Source of the DNA: Haloarcula limicola
Lineage (GTDB): Archaea > Halobacteriota > Halobacteria > Halobacteriales > Haloarculaceae
DNA length: 32,000 nucleotides
Reading direction: 5' to 3'
Assembly (NCBI RefSeq): GCF_010119205.1
Contig: NZ_WRXM01000002.1
Location: 22,982 to 54,981 of the forward strand
The first letter of the stretch is position 1; each line of letters starts with the position of its first letter. The notes below the pieces were generated by a model. It was not told the DNA's origin, did not search any database, and was given only the letters and a program-made list of their open reading frames with translations. The translations under genes were made by a program, and so were the position numbers. Below, piece by piece: positions 23,505 to 32,000 of the stretch.

Positions 23505-24749
23505 TCAGGGCCGGTACTTCTTTTCTGCTTCTTTTATGTCCTCCTTCCTGAAGCGCAAGTATTCGCGGGTCTGAGTGATATCCGAATGTCCTAATAAATC
23601 CGACAAGAAAACAATCGGCATACCATTCCGAACGCGATGCACAGCAAACGAGTGCCGGAACGCATGCGCAGTGACGGTATTGCGTGTCGTACCCGCTGCA
23701 TTCGGCCCCTTATCCACTTTCGCTTGGATACCCGCTTCCTCAGCGTAGTCATGAATAATCTCTGTCGGGCGATTCGGATGCAGATCTTCGCTTGATTCAC
23801 CAAGAATCAAATAGTCGGACTCATTCGCACGCAAATACCCATTCCTCGTGCCTCCTTCCAACCACTTCTTCAGCGTTCGCTCCACCGACGGTGGATAGTA
23901 CACCATTCGATCTTCGTAACCATCCTGCTTGGCCGTCTCAATCTTAATCGACCGATCCTTCCCACCCCCGCCGTTGTCGTCATCCCCATTAAAGTCGGTA
24001 ATATCACTCACTCGAATGTTCACCAGCTCTTGTGCCCTAACACCGCAATTCCACAAGATTTGAACGATGAGCAAATCACGAGTATCATCGATCACATCCA
24101 GCAATTTCTCGTAATCCTCGATCTCAATATACCGAATCTCCTTGTACGTTTCCGATCGCGATACCCCCATATCGAATTCATCCCGCTGCACCGGATTCTC
24201 GTCAACAACACCCTTCTTCACCAGATATCCAAACAACGCAGAGAGATCATACACTCGGTTCTGGACCGACCCCTCTGAATACCCATGCAGTAGTTGATGA
24301 TCGACAAAATCCTCAACTGCAATCATCGTCGGTTCGAGAAAGTCTACGTTCTGCACGAGACTGTACACCATGTAGTGTCGATACGCGCTTTGCCGGTTCT
24401 GGAGTGTCTGCTTCGAGAAGTGCGCCTTCACCCGTAAGTCGAGATAGTTCTGCACCGGATCGGGGAAATCGAAATCAACCTCATTGAACTCTTCCCGCTC
24501 TTCCTTAGTCGGATTAGTAGATTCGAACCGTTCAAGTCGCTGCTCTAAGTGATTCCGGATGGGTGTCGGGAGCGTGATGTACTCCTTGAGCTCGTCCAGA
24601 TCTCGTACTCGTTTCGCGCGAGCACCGAGTATGGTGTACGGGCCGCGAGGATCGTCGTCTGAGACGGGAGGTTCGTCCGGTTTTTTAGCGGTCTTAGGCA
24701 CTGTCCTCACCCGATGAATCGTTGGATCGGTCGAACTTCTCCAACTCAC
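23505..24749 (-). CDS. Tyrosine recombinase / phage-type integrase (XerC/D-like), up to 414 aa
   Basis: C-terminal catalytic signature: GVRAQEL (Arg), AHAFRHSFAVH (HxxR) and LLGHSDITQTREYL (His...Tyr). An N-terminal SAM-like core-binding region is present. The start is uncertain: the GTG at 24749 overlaps the upstream gene by 56 nt, and GTGs at ~24710 and 24701 are alternatives. Confidence 0.9.
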   Translation of the reverse strand: MSWRSSTDPTIHRVRTVPKTAKKPDEPPVSDDDPRGPYTILGARAKRVRDLDELKEYITLPTPIRNHLEQRLERFESTNPTKEEREEFNEVDFDFPDPVQNYLDLRVKAHFSKQTLQNRQSAYRHYMVYSLVQNVDFLEPTMIAVEDFVDHQLLHGYSEGSVQNRVYDLSALFGYLVKKGVVDENPVQRDEFDMGVSRSETYKEIRYIEIEDYEKLLDVIDDTRDLLIVQILWNCGVRAQELVNIRVSDITDFNGDDDNGGGGKDRSIKIETAKQDGYEDRMVYYPPSVERTLKKWLEGGTRNGYLRANESDYLILGESSEDLHPNRPTEIIHDYAEEAGIQAKVDKGPNAAGTTRNTVTAHAFRHSFAVHRVRNGMPIVFLSDLLGHSDITQTREYLRFRKEDIKEAEKKYRP

Positions 24750-25071
24750 CCTCGATCAGTTCACGGTGGAACCCGACTACCTCGTCAACGGTCTCCTCGT
24801 CGAGCTGCTGGTTTTCCAGCGTGTCGAGCGCTTCGTTCGCCATCGCCATCTTCGCTTGTAGACTACTGAATTCGTCGAGAATGTCGTAGAGCATACTCTC
24901 GACCTCGTCCGGAACACCACTTTGTCCTTTGTCGCGTGATATTTGCTCGGAAACAGACTTCCGCACGAGATCTGAGACGTTCTTGTATTTACGCCCCGCT
25001 TCCTCATGTTCGATGAAGTTCTCCCAGTCGGTTTTTTGCCCGTCGTCAACGTGGATATGCATACGAGCCAT
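24694..25071 (-). CDS. Small acidic protein (125 aa), possible RHH-type regulator/excisionase partner of the integrase
   Basis: ATG at 25071 (MARMHIHVDDGQKTDWENFIE...). The N-terminus has a beta-strand-then-helix pattern like CopG/RHH proteins (weak), followed by a coiled-coil-like middle. The track's 254-aa version extends antisense into rfcL and is rejected. Confidence 0.6.
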   Translation of the reverse strand: MARMHIHVDDGQKTDWENFIEHEEAGRKYKNVSDLVRKSVSEQISRDKGQSGVPDEVESMLYDILDEFSSLQAKMAMANEALDTLENQQLDEETVDEVVGFHRELIEGELEKFDRSNDSSGEDSA

Positions 25072-25128
25072 GCAACGGAAATACCGTGAAGCCGTAATCA
25101 ATCTTGTGTATAGGGGGCACACGATCTG

Positions 25129-26643
25129 ATGGACTGGACGGAGAAGTACCGCCCGAGTACGCTCTCGGAGGTACGGGGAAACAACAAGGCCCGCGACGCC
25201 CTGAAGGAGTGGGCCGACACCTGGGAGAGCCACCGCGAGGCGATCATCCTCCACGGGACGCCCGGGGTGGGCAAGACCTCCGCCGCGCACGCGCTGGCGA
25301 ACGACATGGGCTGGCCGACCATCGAACTCAACGCCAGCGACTCCCGGACGAAGGACGTCATCGACCGGGTGGCCGGCGAAGCCGCCAAGTCCGGCACGCT
25401 GACCGCCGGGGGGCAGGGGCGTCGCCTCGTCATCATGGACGAAGCGGACAACATCCACGGTAACGCCGACCGCGGGGGCGCACGCGCCGTCTCCTCGCTC
25501 GTGAAGGAGGCCGGCCAGCCGATGATCCTCATCGCCAACGAGTTCTACGAGATGTCGAACTCGCTTCGCAACAACTGTCAGGACGTCGAGTTCTCGGCGG
25601 TGCAGAAGCGCTCGATCGTCCCCGTCCTGCGAGACATCTGTCGGAAAGAGGGCGTCGAGTATACCGACGCCGTTATCGAGGACATCGCCGAGCAGAACAG
25701 CGGCGACCTGCGGGGAGCCATCAAGGACCTGCAGGCCACCGCCGAGGGCCGCGACCGTATCGAGGCCGACGACTACGTCTCCGGCGAGCGTGACACCTCG
25801 GAGGGCATCTTCGAGTACCTCGACGTCGTGCTCAAGGAAGGCTCAGCCGAGGAGGCGCTGAAGGCCAGTTACGACGTCGACGAGACGCCGGACGACCTCA
25901 TCAACTGGATCGAGGACAACATGCCCAAGGACTACGAGGGCGCGGAACTCGCGCGGGCTTACGGCTTCCTCTCGAACGCCGATAAGTGGCTGGGCCGCGT
26001 ACGGGCGACGCAGAACTACTCGTTCTGGCGGTACGCCGGGGACAACATGACCGCCGGCGTCGCCGCCGCCCGTGACGGCAAGAAGGGCGGCTGGACCCGC
26101 TACGGGCCGCCGAGCTACTGGTCGAAACTCGGCCGCTCGAAGGGGGCGCGCAAGACGCGGGACCACATCGCCCAGCAGATCGCCGTCATCGACGGCGTCT
26201 CCATGCGGACCGCTCGTCGGGAGATCATGCCGTTCCTCGCGACGATGACCCACCACTGCACGAACCGCGACCTGACGGTGGCGATGGCCGCCACCTACGA
26301 GCTGGAGGCCGAGCACGTCTCCTTCGTCACCGGGTCGGGCGAGGACACGAACAAGGTCCAGTCCATCGTCGAGGACGCCGAACGCCGCCGCGAGGAGGCC
26401 GCCGTGGAACACTCCGGCGGCGCGTTCGAGGGGGCGACCGTGGACGGCGGCGCAGACGTCGGCGGCGATGGCAGCGAGACGACCGACACCGCCGACGAGA
26501 GTGGATCGGAGGGGGGCGACGGGCAGTCGACGCTCGGCGACGAGACGACGGCAGCCGACGCGACGGCGGACGCGGTGGAGTCGTCCGACGGCGAGGCGGC
26601 CGAGGACGACGACCAGCAGTCCGGCCTCTCCGATTTCATGTAG
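25129..26643 (+). CDS. rfcL: Replication factor C large subunit (504 aa)
   Basis: MDWTEKYRPSTLSEVRGN is the RFC box II-like N-terminus. HGTPGVGKTS is Walker A and LVIMDEADNI is Walker B. An acidic C-terminal tail ends in QQSGLSDFM, a PIP-box-like QxxLxxF motif. Confidence 0.92.
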   Translation: MDWTEKYRPSTLSEVRGNNKARDALKEWADTWESHREAIILHGTPGVGKTSAAHALANDMGWPTIELNASDSRTKDVIDRVAGEAAKSGTLTAGGQGRRLVIMDEADNIHGNADRGGARAVSSLVKEAGQPMILIANEFYEMSNSLRNNCQDVEFSAVQKRSIVPVLRDICRKEGVEYTDAVIEDIAEQNSGDLRGAIKDLQATAEGRDRIEADDYVSGERDTSEGIFEYLDVVLKEGSAEEALKASYDVDETPDDLINWIEDNMPKDYEGAELARAYGFLSNADKWLGRVRATQNYSFWRYAGDNMTAGVAAARDGKKGGWTRYGPPSYWSKLGRSKGARKTRDHIAQQIAVIDGVSMRTARREIMPFLATMTHHCTNRDLTVAMAATYELEAEHVSFVTGSGEDTNKVQSIVEDAERRREEAAVEHSGGAFEGATVDGGADVGGDGSETTDTADESGSEGGDGQSTLGDETTAADATADAVESSDGEAAEDDDQQSGLSDFM

Positions 26644-26666
26644 GCCGGACGAGTCGAGCGCGCTCT

Positions 26667-27650
26667 TCAGGCCTGACGCTTCCCGCCCAGTCCGGGAATC
26701 GACGTCCGCTCCTCGACGACGTTCATCAGGAGCGACGCCGAGACGACCAGCGCGAGGTAGAAGAGCGCGGCGAGGACGAACAGTTCCGTGTAGCGGAACG
26801 TGTCGTTGGCGATGGACTCGGCCTGGAAGAACAGCTCGCGGACCGTGATGAACGCGGCCAGCGAGGAGTACTTGATGAGGTAGACGAGTTCGTTCGACCA
26901 CCCGGGGATGGCGTAGCGCAGGCCCTGCGGCAGGACGACGTAGCGGATGCCGTCGACCTTCGAGAGGCCGATGGAACGGGCGGCGGTCAGCTGGCCGGCG
27001 TCGACGGATTCGAGCGCCGAGCGGATGTACTCGGCCTGGTAGGCAGCGCTGTTGAGCGTGAAGCCGATGATGGCGACCCAGACGGCGGTCCCCGGTACCA
27101 TGCCGACGCCGATGCCGGGGAGCGTGCGGATGATCTGGGTCAGCGGCAGGCCGAAGTAGAGCACGAACAGCTGTGCGAGCAGCGGCGTGCCGCGGATGAG
27201 CTCGGTGTACGAGAGCGAGAGCCACCGCAGCCCCCGGCCGCCGTAGACGCGCGCGACCGACAGCGGCACGGCCAGCACGAACCCGAAGGCGATGCCGGCG
27301 ACGGTGAGGACGATCGTGAGCCACGCGCCGCGGGCCAGCGGCGGGAGCGAGGGAATCGCCCCGGCGACGAACGAGAGGACGCCCGCGAGCGCGTCGAGCG
27401 GCGCGCCGACCACGCCCAGCGAGGCCGCGACCGCCGCGACCGACTCCGCCGCCGAGGCGAACGGCGCGACCGGAACGAACGACCGGTCGCTCGGGAACGC
27501 CAGCGAGTTCGGCAACAGGAAGTCGTTGGTCCAGCGGATCAGCAGCCAGCCCCAGAACACCGCGAGTCCGGCGAGTGCCCACGGCCGGTCGACGTCGACG
27601 TCGGCCGTCGTCCGCACCTCGTCGGCGACGGACGGTTCGCCGGTGCTCAT
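26667..27650 (-). CDS. Polar amino-acid ABC transporter permease (327 aa)
   Basis: Multiple TM segments. EAA-loop region: ESVDAGQLTAARSIGLSKVDGIRYVVLPQGLRYAIPGWSNE. There is a 4-nt start/stop overlap with the ATPase gene. Confidence 0.9.
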   Translation of the reverse strand: MSTGEPSVADEVRTTADVDVDRPWALAGLAVFWGWLLIRWTNDFLLPNSLAFPSDRSFVPVAPFASAAESVAAVAASLGVVGAPLDALAGVLSFVAGAIPSLPPLARGAWLTIVLTVAGIAFGFVLAVPLSVARVYGGRGLRWLSLSYTELIRGTPLLAQLFVLYFGLPLTQIIRTLPGIGVGMVPGTAVWVAIIGFTLNSAAYQAEYIRSALESVDAGQLTAARSIGLSKVDGIRYVVLPQGLRYAIPGWSNELVYLIKYSSLAAFITVRELFFQAESIANDTFRYTELFVLAALFYLALVVSASLLMNVVEERTSIPGLGGKRQA

Positions 27651-28390
27651 TCCGGTGCCCTCGACTGGAGACCCGCGAGGAACTCCTCGGTCCGGTCGTG
27701 TTCCGGCCGCTGGAACAGCTGCTCGGGCGGTCCCGACTCGACGACGCGCCCGTCGTCCAGGAAGTGGACGTCGTCGGCCGCCGAGCGGACGAACCCCATC
27801 TCGTGGCTGACGACGAGCATCGTCGTCCCGCGCTCGGCGAGGTCGCGCATCACCTCGACGACTTCGCCGACGAGCTCGGGGTCGAGCGCGCTGGTCGGCT
27901 CGTCGAACAGCATCAGCTTCGGCTCCATCGCCAGCGCCCGGGCGATGCCGACGCGCTGTTGCTGACCGCCGGAGAGTTCGGCGGGATAGGAGTCGGCCTG
28001 ATTCGCCAGCCCGACCTGCCGAAGGTGGTCGGCGGCCCGCTCGTTCGCCTCGTCGGCGTCCATCCCGCGGACGCGTTTCAGCCCGAGCGTGACGTTCTCC
28101 AGGGCGGTGAGATGCGCGAAGAGGTTGAAGTCCTGGAACACCATCCCGACCTCCTGTCGGAGCGCGTTGACGTCCGTGTCGGGCGCGGTGACGTGGGTCT
28201 CGTTGAGCCAGATGTCGCCGTCGTCGACCTCGGTCAGTCGGTTAATGCAGCGCAGCATCGTCGACTTCCCGCTCCCGCTCGGGCCGACGAGGACGTCCAC
28301 GTCGCCGCGGTCCATCTCGAAGCTGACGCCGTTCAGTACCTCCTCGTCGCCGTAGGACTTGTCGACGTCCTCGACTCGTAGCAGTGTCAT
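27647..28390 (-). CDS. Polar amino-acid ABC transporter ATP-binding protein (GlnQ/HisP-like, 247 aa)
   Basis: GPSGSGKST (Walker A), LSGGQQQRVGIARAL (ABC signature), LMLFDEPTSALD (Walker B) and the H-loop VVSHEMGF. Confidence 0.93.
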   Translation of the reverse strand: MTLLRVEDVDKSYGDEEVLNGVSFEMDRGDVDVLVGPSGSGKSTMLRCINRLTEVDDGDIWLNETHVTAPDTDVNALRQEVGMVFQDFNLFAHLTALENVTLGLKRVRGMDADEANERAADHLRQVGLANQADSYPAELSGGQQQRVGIARALAMEPKLMLFDEPTSALDPELVGEVVEVMRDLAERGTTMLVVSHEMGFVRSAADDVHFLDDGRVVESGPPEQLFQRPEHDRTEEFLAGLQSRAPE

Positions 28391-29061
28391 GTGTTCTCAC
28401 CCGACGGAATCGCGTAGTACTCGCTCAGCCGGTCCAGCCCGCGGTTGGTCGCGAACGTGAGCACGAAGTAGATGGCGCTGATGACCAGGAAGACCTCCAG
28501 AACCGCCGTCGAGCGCCCGCTCTGGGTGAAGAGGTCGTAGCCGCGCGTCAGCAGCTCCGCGAGGCCGATGGCGAAGGCGATGCTAGTGTCCTTCAGGACG
28601 ATGGTGAACTCGTTCTGGAACCCGGGCATGCTCCGGCGCAGGGCCTGCGGGACGACGACGTGGCGGATGCCGCCGAGCCGGCTCATCCCGATCGAGCGGG
28701 CGGCCTCCATCTGCCCGTCGTCGACGCTCTGGAGCGCGCCGCGGAAGATCTGGGACTGATAGGCCGCGCTGCGCAGCCCCAGTCCGACCGCCGCGGTGAC
28801 GAACGCCGACTTGGAGATGGAGACGACGAAGAAGAGCACGAGCATGATGACGACGATCGGCGTCCCGCGGAGGACGACGCCGGTCAGGCTCACCAACCGC
28901 TTGCCGATGCCGTCGCCGTACACCTCGATCGCGCCGGCGGGGAAGCCGACCAACAGGCCGAGCAACAGGCTGGCGATCGTCAGCCCGACCGTGACGGCCG
29001 CCCCCGAGAGCAGGTAGTCGAGGTTGTTCAGGACGAACGTCCAGTCGCCTGTCTGAAGCAT
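28387..29061 (-). CDS. Polar amino-acid ABC transporter permease (224 aa)
   Basis: EAA-loop: QSVDDGQMEAARSIGMSRLGGIRHVVVPQALRRSMPGFQNEF. About 5 TM segments. The gene overlaps the ATPase gene by 4 nt. Confidence 0.9.
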   Translation of the reverse strand: MLQTGDWTFVLNNLDYLLSGAAVTVGLTIASLLLGLLVGFPAGAIEVYGDGIGKRLVSLTGVVLRGTPIVVIMLVLFFVVSISKSAFVTAAVGLGLRSAAYQSQIFRGALQSVDDGQMEAARSIGMSRLGGIRHVVVPQALRRSMPGFQNEFTIVLKDTSIAFAIGLAELLTRGYDLFTQSGRSTAVLEVFLVISAIYFVLTFATNRGLDRLSEYYAIPSGENT

Positions 29062-29065
29062 CGCT

Positions 29066-29893
29066 CTACTCGCCGAACCACTTCTGGGTCAGTTCCTCGT
29101 ACCGCCCGCTCTCCCGGACCGCCGAGAGCCCCGAGTTGAGCGCGCTCGTCAGTTCGTCGTCGTCCGTGCGGACGCCGAAGCCGAACTTCTCGCCGGTCTC
29201 GTAGACGAACGCTATCTCGACGGGGCGGTTCTTCGCGAACGTCTCGGCGACGGGGACGTCGATGACGACGGCGTCGACGTTGCCGTTCTGGAGGTCCTGA
29301 ATCGCCAGCACGTAGTTGTCGTAGGCGTTGTACTGGTTCTGGGTGATCTCGTCGCCGACGAGTTCGTCCTGGACGACGCCCTCCCCGGTGGTGCCCTTCT
29401 GCGCGCCGATGGGGCGGTCCGCCAGGTCCGAGAGGCTCCCCGGCGAGAAGTCGCCGTCCTCGCGGACGACGATGGCCTGGTCCGAGGAGTAGTAGGGGTC
29501 CGTGAAGTCGATGGTCTCGTCGCGCTTCTCGTTGATGGTCATCCCGGCCGCGATGGCGTCGATGTTGTTGTTGGTGAGCGCCGGGATGAGCGAGTCGAAC
29601 TCGAACTCCGACCAGCCGTCGAACTGATACTCCGTCTCGGAGACGACGGCCTCGAAGAGGTCGATGTCGAAGCCGACCAGTTCGCCGCCCTCCTTCATCT
29701 CGAAGGGCGGGAACCCGGGTGCGGTACCGGCCGTGATGCTCGGTGCCTGCTCGGTGCCGGTGGACCCGCTCCCACCGCCGCCGTCGCCGCTTCCGCTACC
29801 GCCGTCACCCATGCAACCGGCGACCGAGAGCGTCACCGCCGCGCCGCCGACGGACGTGAGGTACTGCCGACGCGAGAGACTTCGATCTGACAT
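29066..29893 (-). CDS. Amino-acid ABC transporter substrate-binding lipoprotein with Tat signal (275 aa)
   Basis: The twin-arginine motif SRRQYL is followed by a hydrophobic region and the lipobox VAGC. A Gly/Ser linker follows. The type-3 SBP-like body includes GFDIDL, IAAGMTI, DFTDPYY and IGAQKGTTGE. Confidence 0.9.
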   Translation of the reverse strand: MSDRSLSRRQYLTSVGGAAVTLSVAGCMGDGGSGSGDGGGGSGSTGTEQAPSITAGTAPGFPPFEMKEGGELVGFDIDLFEAVVSETEYQFDGWSEFEFDSLIPALTNNNIDAIAAGMTINEKRDETIDFTDPYYSSDQAIVVREDGDFSPGSLSDLADRPIGAQKGTTGEGVVQDELVGDEITQNQYNAYDNYVLAIQDLQNGNVDAVVIDVPVAETFAKNRPVEIAFVYETGEKFGFGVRTDDDELTSALNSGLSAVRESGRYEELTQKWFGE

Positions 29894-29977
29894 ACCCGGT
29901 AAAACAACGTAGCTGGGGATTAGTGTTACGAACGGGTACTACGGGCGTTGTACGTTTCGGGGGCGAGCGCCGCCCGC

Positions 29978-30487
29978 TCAGTCGGAGCTCGGACTCGGGT
30001 CCGTCTCGGCGGCCGACTCGCTCGTCCGGGCGTCAGAGCGGGTCTCGGCGTCCGCCGCGGTGCCGTCGTAGGCCCACGCGGTCGCCGCGACGAGCGCCAC
30101 CAGAATCGCCAGCGCGGCGGCGTGGTGCAGCACCTGCGCGGCCGCCCCGAAGTTGACGATGGTGTTCGCCCCCAGCAGTATCTGGATCGGGAGGACGACG
30201 GTGGCGACGGCCGTCGCGTACTTGATTCGAGACGAGTAACCGCCGCGCCAGGCGGCGTACGTCGACCCGAGGATGGCGAAGCCGGTGATCATGGCGACCA
30301 GCCGGTGGAACCACTCGACGAAGCTCGCCCAGTTGGCGGGAAACAGTCCCAGCCAGCCGTCACACAGCGGCCAGCGTCCGTTGCAGGTCAGACCCGCGCC
30401 GATGGCACCGGTGTAGACGCCCAGCAGGATGAGCGCGAAGGTCAGCGCCGTCGTCACCGCGAGTAGCCGACGGAAGCGGTCGGTCAT
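29978..30487 (-). CDS. ctaA: Short (4-TM) archaeal-type heme A synthase, CtaA/COX15 family (169 aa)
   Basis: LTCNGRWPLCDG is the CxxxWPxC motif of CtaA. Four hydrophobic helices carry conserved His residues (WFHRL, VLHHAAA). Confidence 0.7.
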   Translation of the reverse strand: MTDRFRRLLAVTTALTFALILLGVYTGAIGAGLTCNGRWPLCDGWLGLFPANWASFVEWFHRLVAMITGFAILGSTYAAWRGGYSSRIKYATAVATVVLPIQILLGANTIVNFGAAAQVLHHAAALAILVALVAATAWAYDGTAADAETRSDARTSESAAETDPSPSSD

Positions 30488-30581
30488 GTTCGAGTCTTCG
30501 TGCGCTCGTACTTATCCCCTTCTTTGAGCGGTCGGCAGAGCCGGTGGTCCGATTATTAATTGTGGTATTTTGGAGCGTACG

Positions 30582-30590
30582 CTTTTTACA
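30582..30590 (+). promoter_or_regulatory. TATA-like box (ctttttaca) ~25-30 bp upstream of the transducer ATG (leaderless arrangement)
   Basis: An AT-rich element in otherwise GC-rich DNA. Its spacing to the ATG at 30615 matches the archaeal TATA-to-TSS distance, assuming a leaderless mRNA. Confidence 0.3.
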
Positions 30591-30614
30591 CTCCGTGAGA
30601 GGGTCTCGGCCATC

Positions 30615-32000
30615 ATGTTCCCCAGAGACCTGGCCTCGTTGTTCGGAGACGACGATGAATCGAACGACAGTAAACGGGTAGAGACCGACGGCGGTCAGAC
30701 GACGGCGGTTACCACAGGGGTACCGGGGGACGGCCACGATCGGAACCCGGACACCGAGGCGATCGTCGGCGATGCGTTCGACCAGTTACGGGACGAACTC
30801 GACGAGGAGACACACGAGACCATCGCGGCGGTCGAGCGCGAGCTGCGGGCCGAACTGGCGACGGCGGGTGCCGGCGATCGAGCGACCGAGGTCGCAGCAG
30901 AGACGGCTTCCGCGGCGGCGGCCGACGACCCGCCGATAGATTTCCACGACGTTCTCCATCACGTCGGCACGCCGCTGTTCATCCTCGACGCGGACGGCGA
31001 GATCGTGACGTGGAACCGCTCGCTGACCGCGCTCACCGGGGTCGGAGAGGACGACGCCAAGTCGATGGAGATGGCCAGCATGGCGTTCTATCCGGATAGC
31101 CGCCGCGGGAAGACGCTCGCCGACAAGGTGCTCGACGCGCCCGAGCGGACCCACCTCGAGTACGACGTGCCGAAAGTCGAGGACGCGGAGTTCACGCTGT
31201 ACCGGGACACGAGCGTCATGCAGGACCAGCACGGCGAGGAGCGGCACATCTCCTTCAGCGCGGCGCCGCTGTACGCCGACGGCGAGGTCGTCGCCGTCGT
31301 GGAGATGGTTCAGGACCGGACCGACGACGCCCGTCGGCACGAGGCGGTGTCCGACCTCGTCGGGGAGCTCGAAGCCACGATGACCGCGATGGGACGGGGG
31401 AACCTCGGCGCTCGCGCGTCGTTCGACGACGAGGAGGGGAGAGAGTACGTCGACGACGCGCTGTTGGACGTCGTCGACGCGCTCAACGAGATGGCCGACC
31501 AGTTCGACCGCCTGACCGGACAGGTCGACACGCAGACGGCGAACCTCGCGAGTGCCATCGACCAGACGGCGTCGGCCGCTCGAACCGTCGAGCGACAGGT
31601 CGCCGAACAGGCCGACGCGCTGGACACGGCCGCCGACAACGTGCAGAACGTCAGCGCCGGGATGCAGCAGGTCGCCGCCACGTCGAGCGAGGTCGCCAGC
31701 GCGGCGGAGCGCGCGCTCGCCGCGGCCGAGGACGGGGCCGACGCCAGCGAGGCGGTCCACGAGGTGACCGACGGTCTCACCGAGACGAGCGAGTCGCTCG
31801 TCGACAGCGTCACCGACCTCGAATCGCGGATGGACGGGGTCAGCGATGTGGCGGAGGTCATCGCCGACGTCGCGGAGCAGACGAACATGCTCGCGCTGAA
31901 CGCCAATATCGAAGCCGCCCGGGCGGGCGAGAGCGGGAGCGGGTTCGCCGTCGTCGCCGACGAGGTGAAGACGCTGGCGAACGAGACGAGCGACCACGCC
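30615..32000 (+). CDS. Soluble PAS-HAMP-MCP signalling transducer (Htr-like methyl-accepting chemotaxis protein), partial; runs off right edge
   Basis: Not in the ORF track because it has no in-window stop; 462 codons are in frame from the ATG at 30615. PAS-like: [32 protein letters not shown]-like: [12 protein letters not shown]...[12 protein letters not shown]. Highly conserved MCP hairpin: [35 protein letters not shown]. No TM segment is present. Confidence 0.88.
   Translation, partial: MFPRDLASLFGDDDESNDSKRVETDGGQTTAVTTGVPGDGHDRNPDTEAIVGDAFDQLRDELDEETHETIAAVERELRAELATAGAGDRATEVAAETASAAAADDPPIDFHDVLHHVGTPLFILDADGEIVTWNRSLTALTGVGEDDAKSMEMASMAFYPDSRRGKTLADKVLDAPERTHLEYDVPKVEDAEFTLYRDTSVMQDQHGEERHISFSAAPLYADGEVVAVVEMVQDRTDDARRHEAVSDLVGELEATMTAMGRGNLGARASFDDEEGREYVDDALLDVVDALNEMADQFDRLTGQVDTQTANLASAIDQTASAARTVERQVAEQADALDTAADNVQNVSAGMQQVAATSSEVASAAERALAAAEDGADASEAVHEVTDGLTETSESLVDSVTDLESRMDGVSDVAEVIADVAEQTNMLALNANIEAARAGESGSGFAVVADEVKTLANETSDHA

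Larger units (their letters stand above)
1..25100. mobile_element. Integrated genomic island / plasmid-like element (partial; left end outside window)
   Basis: Composition changes sharply at ~25,075-25,128: hand counts give ~47% G+C at 9,001-9,060 and ~65% at 27,001-27,060. A tyrosine integrase and a small RHH-like gene sit at the right terminus. Cargo is rich in nucleases, helicases, ATPases, small wHTH proteins and micro-ORFs. No att repeat is definable because the other end is not in the window. Confidence 0.7.

Noticed and set aside
24505-24540. GGTTCGAATC T-loop-like sequence (minus strand), considered as a possible tRNA/att remnant near the integrase
   Set aside because: The flanking bases cannot form a T-stem (AACGG versus CTACT), there is no acceptor or anticodon arm, and it lies inside the integrase reading frame.
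25072-25458. N-terminal extension of the 254-aa ORF 24694..25458
   Set aside because: The extension is antisense to the rfcL 5' region, is Gly/Arg/Pro-rich, and crosses the compositional boundary. An internal ATG at 25071 gives a coherent 125-aa acidic protein.
26656-26665. Perfect palindrome GAGCGCGCTC between convergent rfcL and permease genes, considered as a bidirectional terminator
   Set aside because: It has no loop and no flanking T-run of note. A 10-bp GC palindrome is not surprising in GC-rich DNA, so there is insufficient support.
25843-27582. 579-aa minus-strand ORF spanning the rfcL 3' half and the permease gene
   Set aside because: Arg/Pro/Gly/Ala-rich low-complexity translation typical of a shadow frame in ~65% G+C DNA. 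It overlaps two genes with unambiguous family motifs in other frames.
27575-29139. 268-aa and 251-aa plus-strand ORFs (27575..28381, 28384..29139)
   Set aside because: They are antisense shadows of the ABC ATPase and permease genes. Their translations are Arg/Asp/Val-rich with no motifs.
30786-31997. 403-aa minus-strand ORF
   Set aside because: It is antisense to the PAS-HAMP-MCP transducer, whose signalling-domain motif ([16 protein letters not shown]) is unmistakable. The antisense product is Arg/Val/Gly-rich and non-halophilic in character.

Overview
The window looks haloarchaeal: acidic predicted proteins, a Tat-lipoprotein signal, an Htr-type transducer and GC-rich core genes. It has two parts.

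(1) Positions ~1-25,100 are the right-hand part of an integrated island or plasmid-like element. Its G+C is lower and mosaic (about 47-55% in lines I counted by hand, with a GC-richer helicase segment). It ends with a tyrosine integrase and a small RHH-like gene, 57 bp upstream of rfcL. The left end lies outside the window, so no att repeat can be defined.

(2) Positions ~25,129-32,000 are GC-rich (~65%) core chromosome. They carry the RFC large subunit, a four-gene polar amino-acid ABC transporter, a short CtaA-type heme A synthase and a soluble PAS-HAMP-MCP transducer that runs off the right edge.

The main discovery candidate is a cluster at ~9.0-18.0 kb. It has two divergent tRNA-guanine-transglycosylase (TGT) superfamily genes, one of 355 aa and one of 739 aa. 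With them are a DUF6884-like gene, a translationally coupled wHTH protein and P-loop ATPase, an internal HxlR-type regulator with a palindromic operator candidate, and a frameshifted queD. I read this as an archaeal Dpd-like 7-deazaguanine DNA-modification system with a non-canonical parts list.

Nuclease and motor genes that could supply the restriction side surround the cluster:
- a GIY-YIG nuclease;
- a GHKL/MORC-like ATPase;
- a UvrD-type helicase fused to a 4-Cys RecB/Cas4 nuclease;
- a stand-alone Cas4-like nuclease;
- a partial Dam-like methyltransferase at the left edge.

Other notable structure:
- a 13-bp-periodic GCACA iteron array next to an AT-rich tract;
- a train of four overlapping micro-ORFs below the ORF-track cutoff;
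- a possible +1 slippery site (A-AAA-AGG-TGA) at the queD frameshift.

No rRNA, tRNA or CRISPR array was found. All family assignments are motif recognition by eye; no database search was possible.
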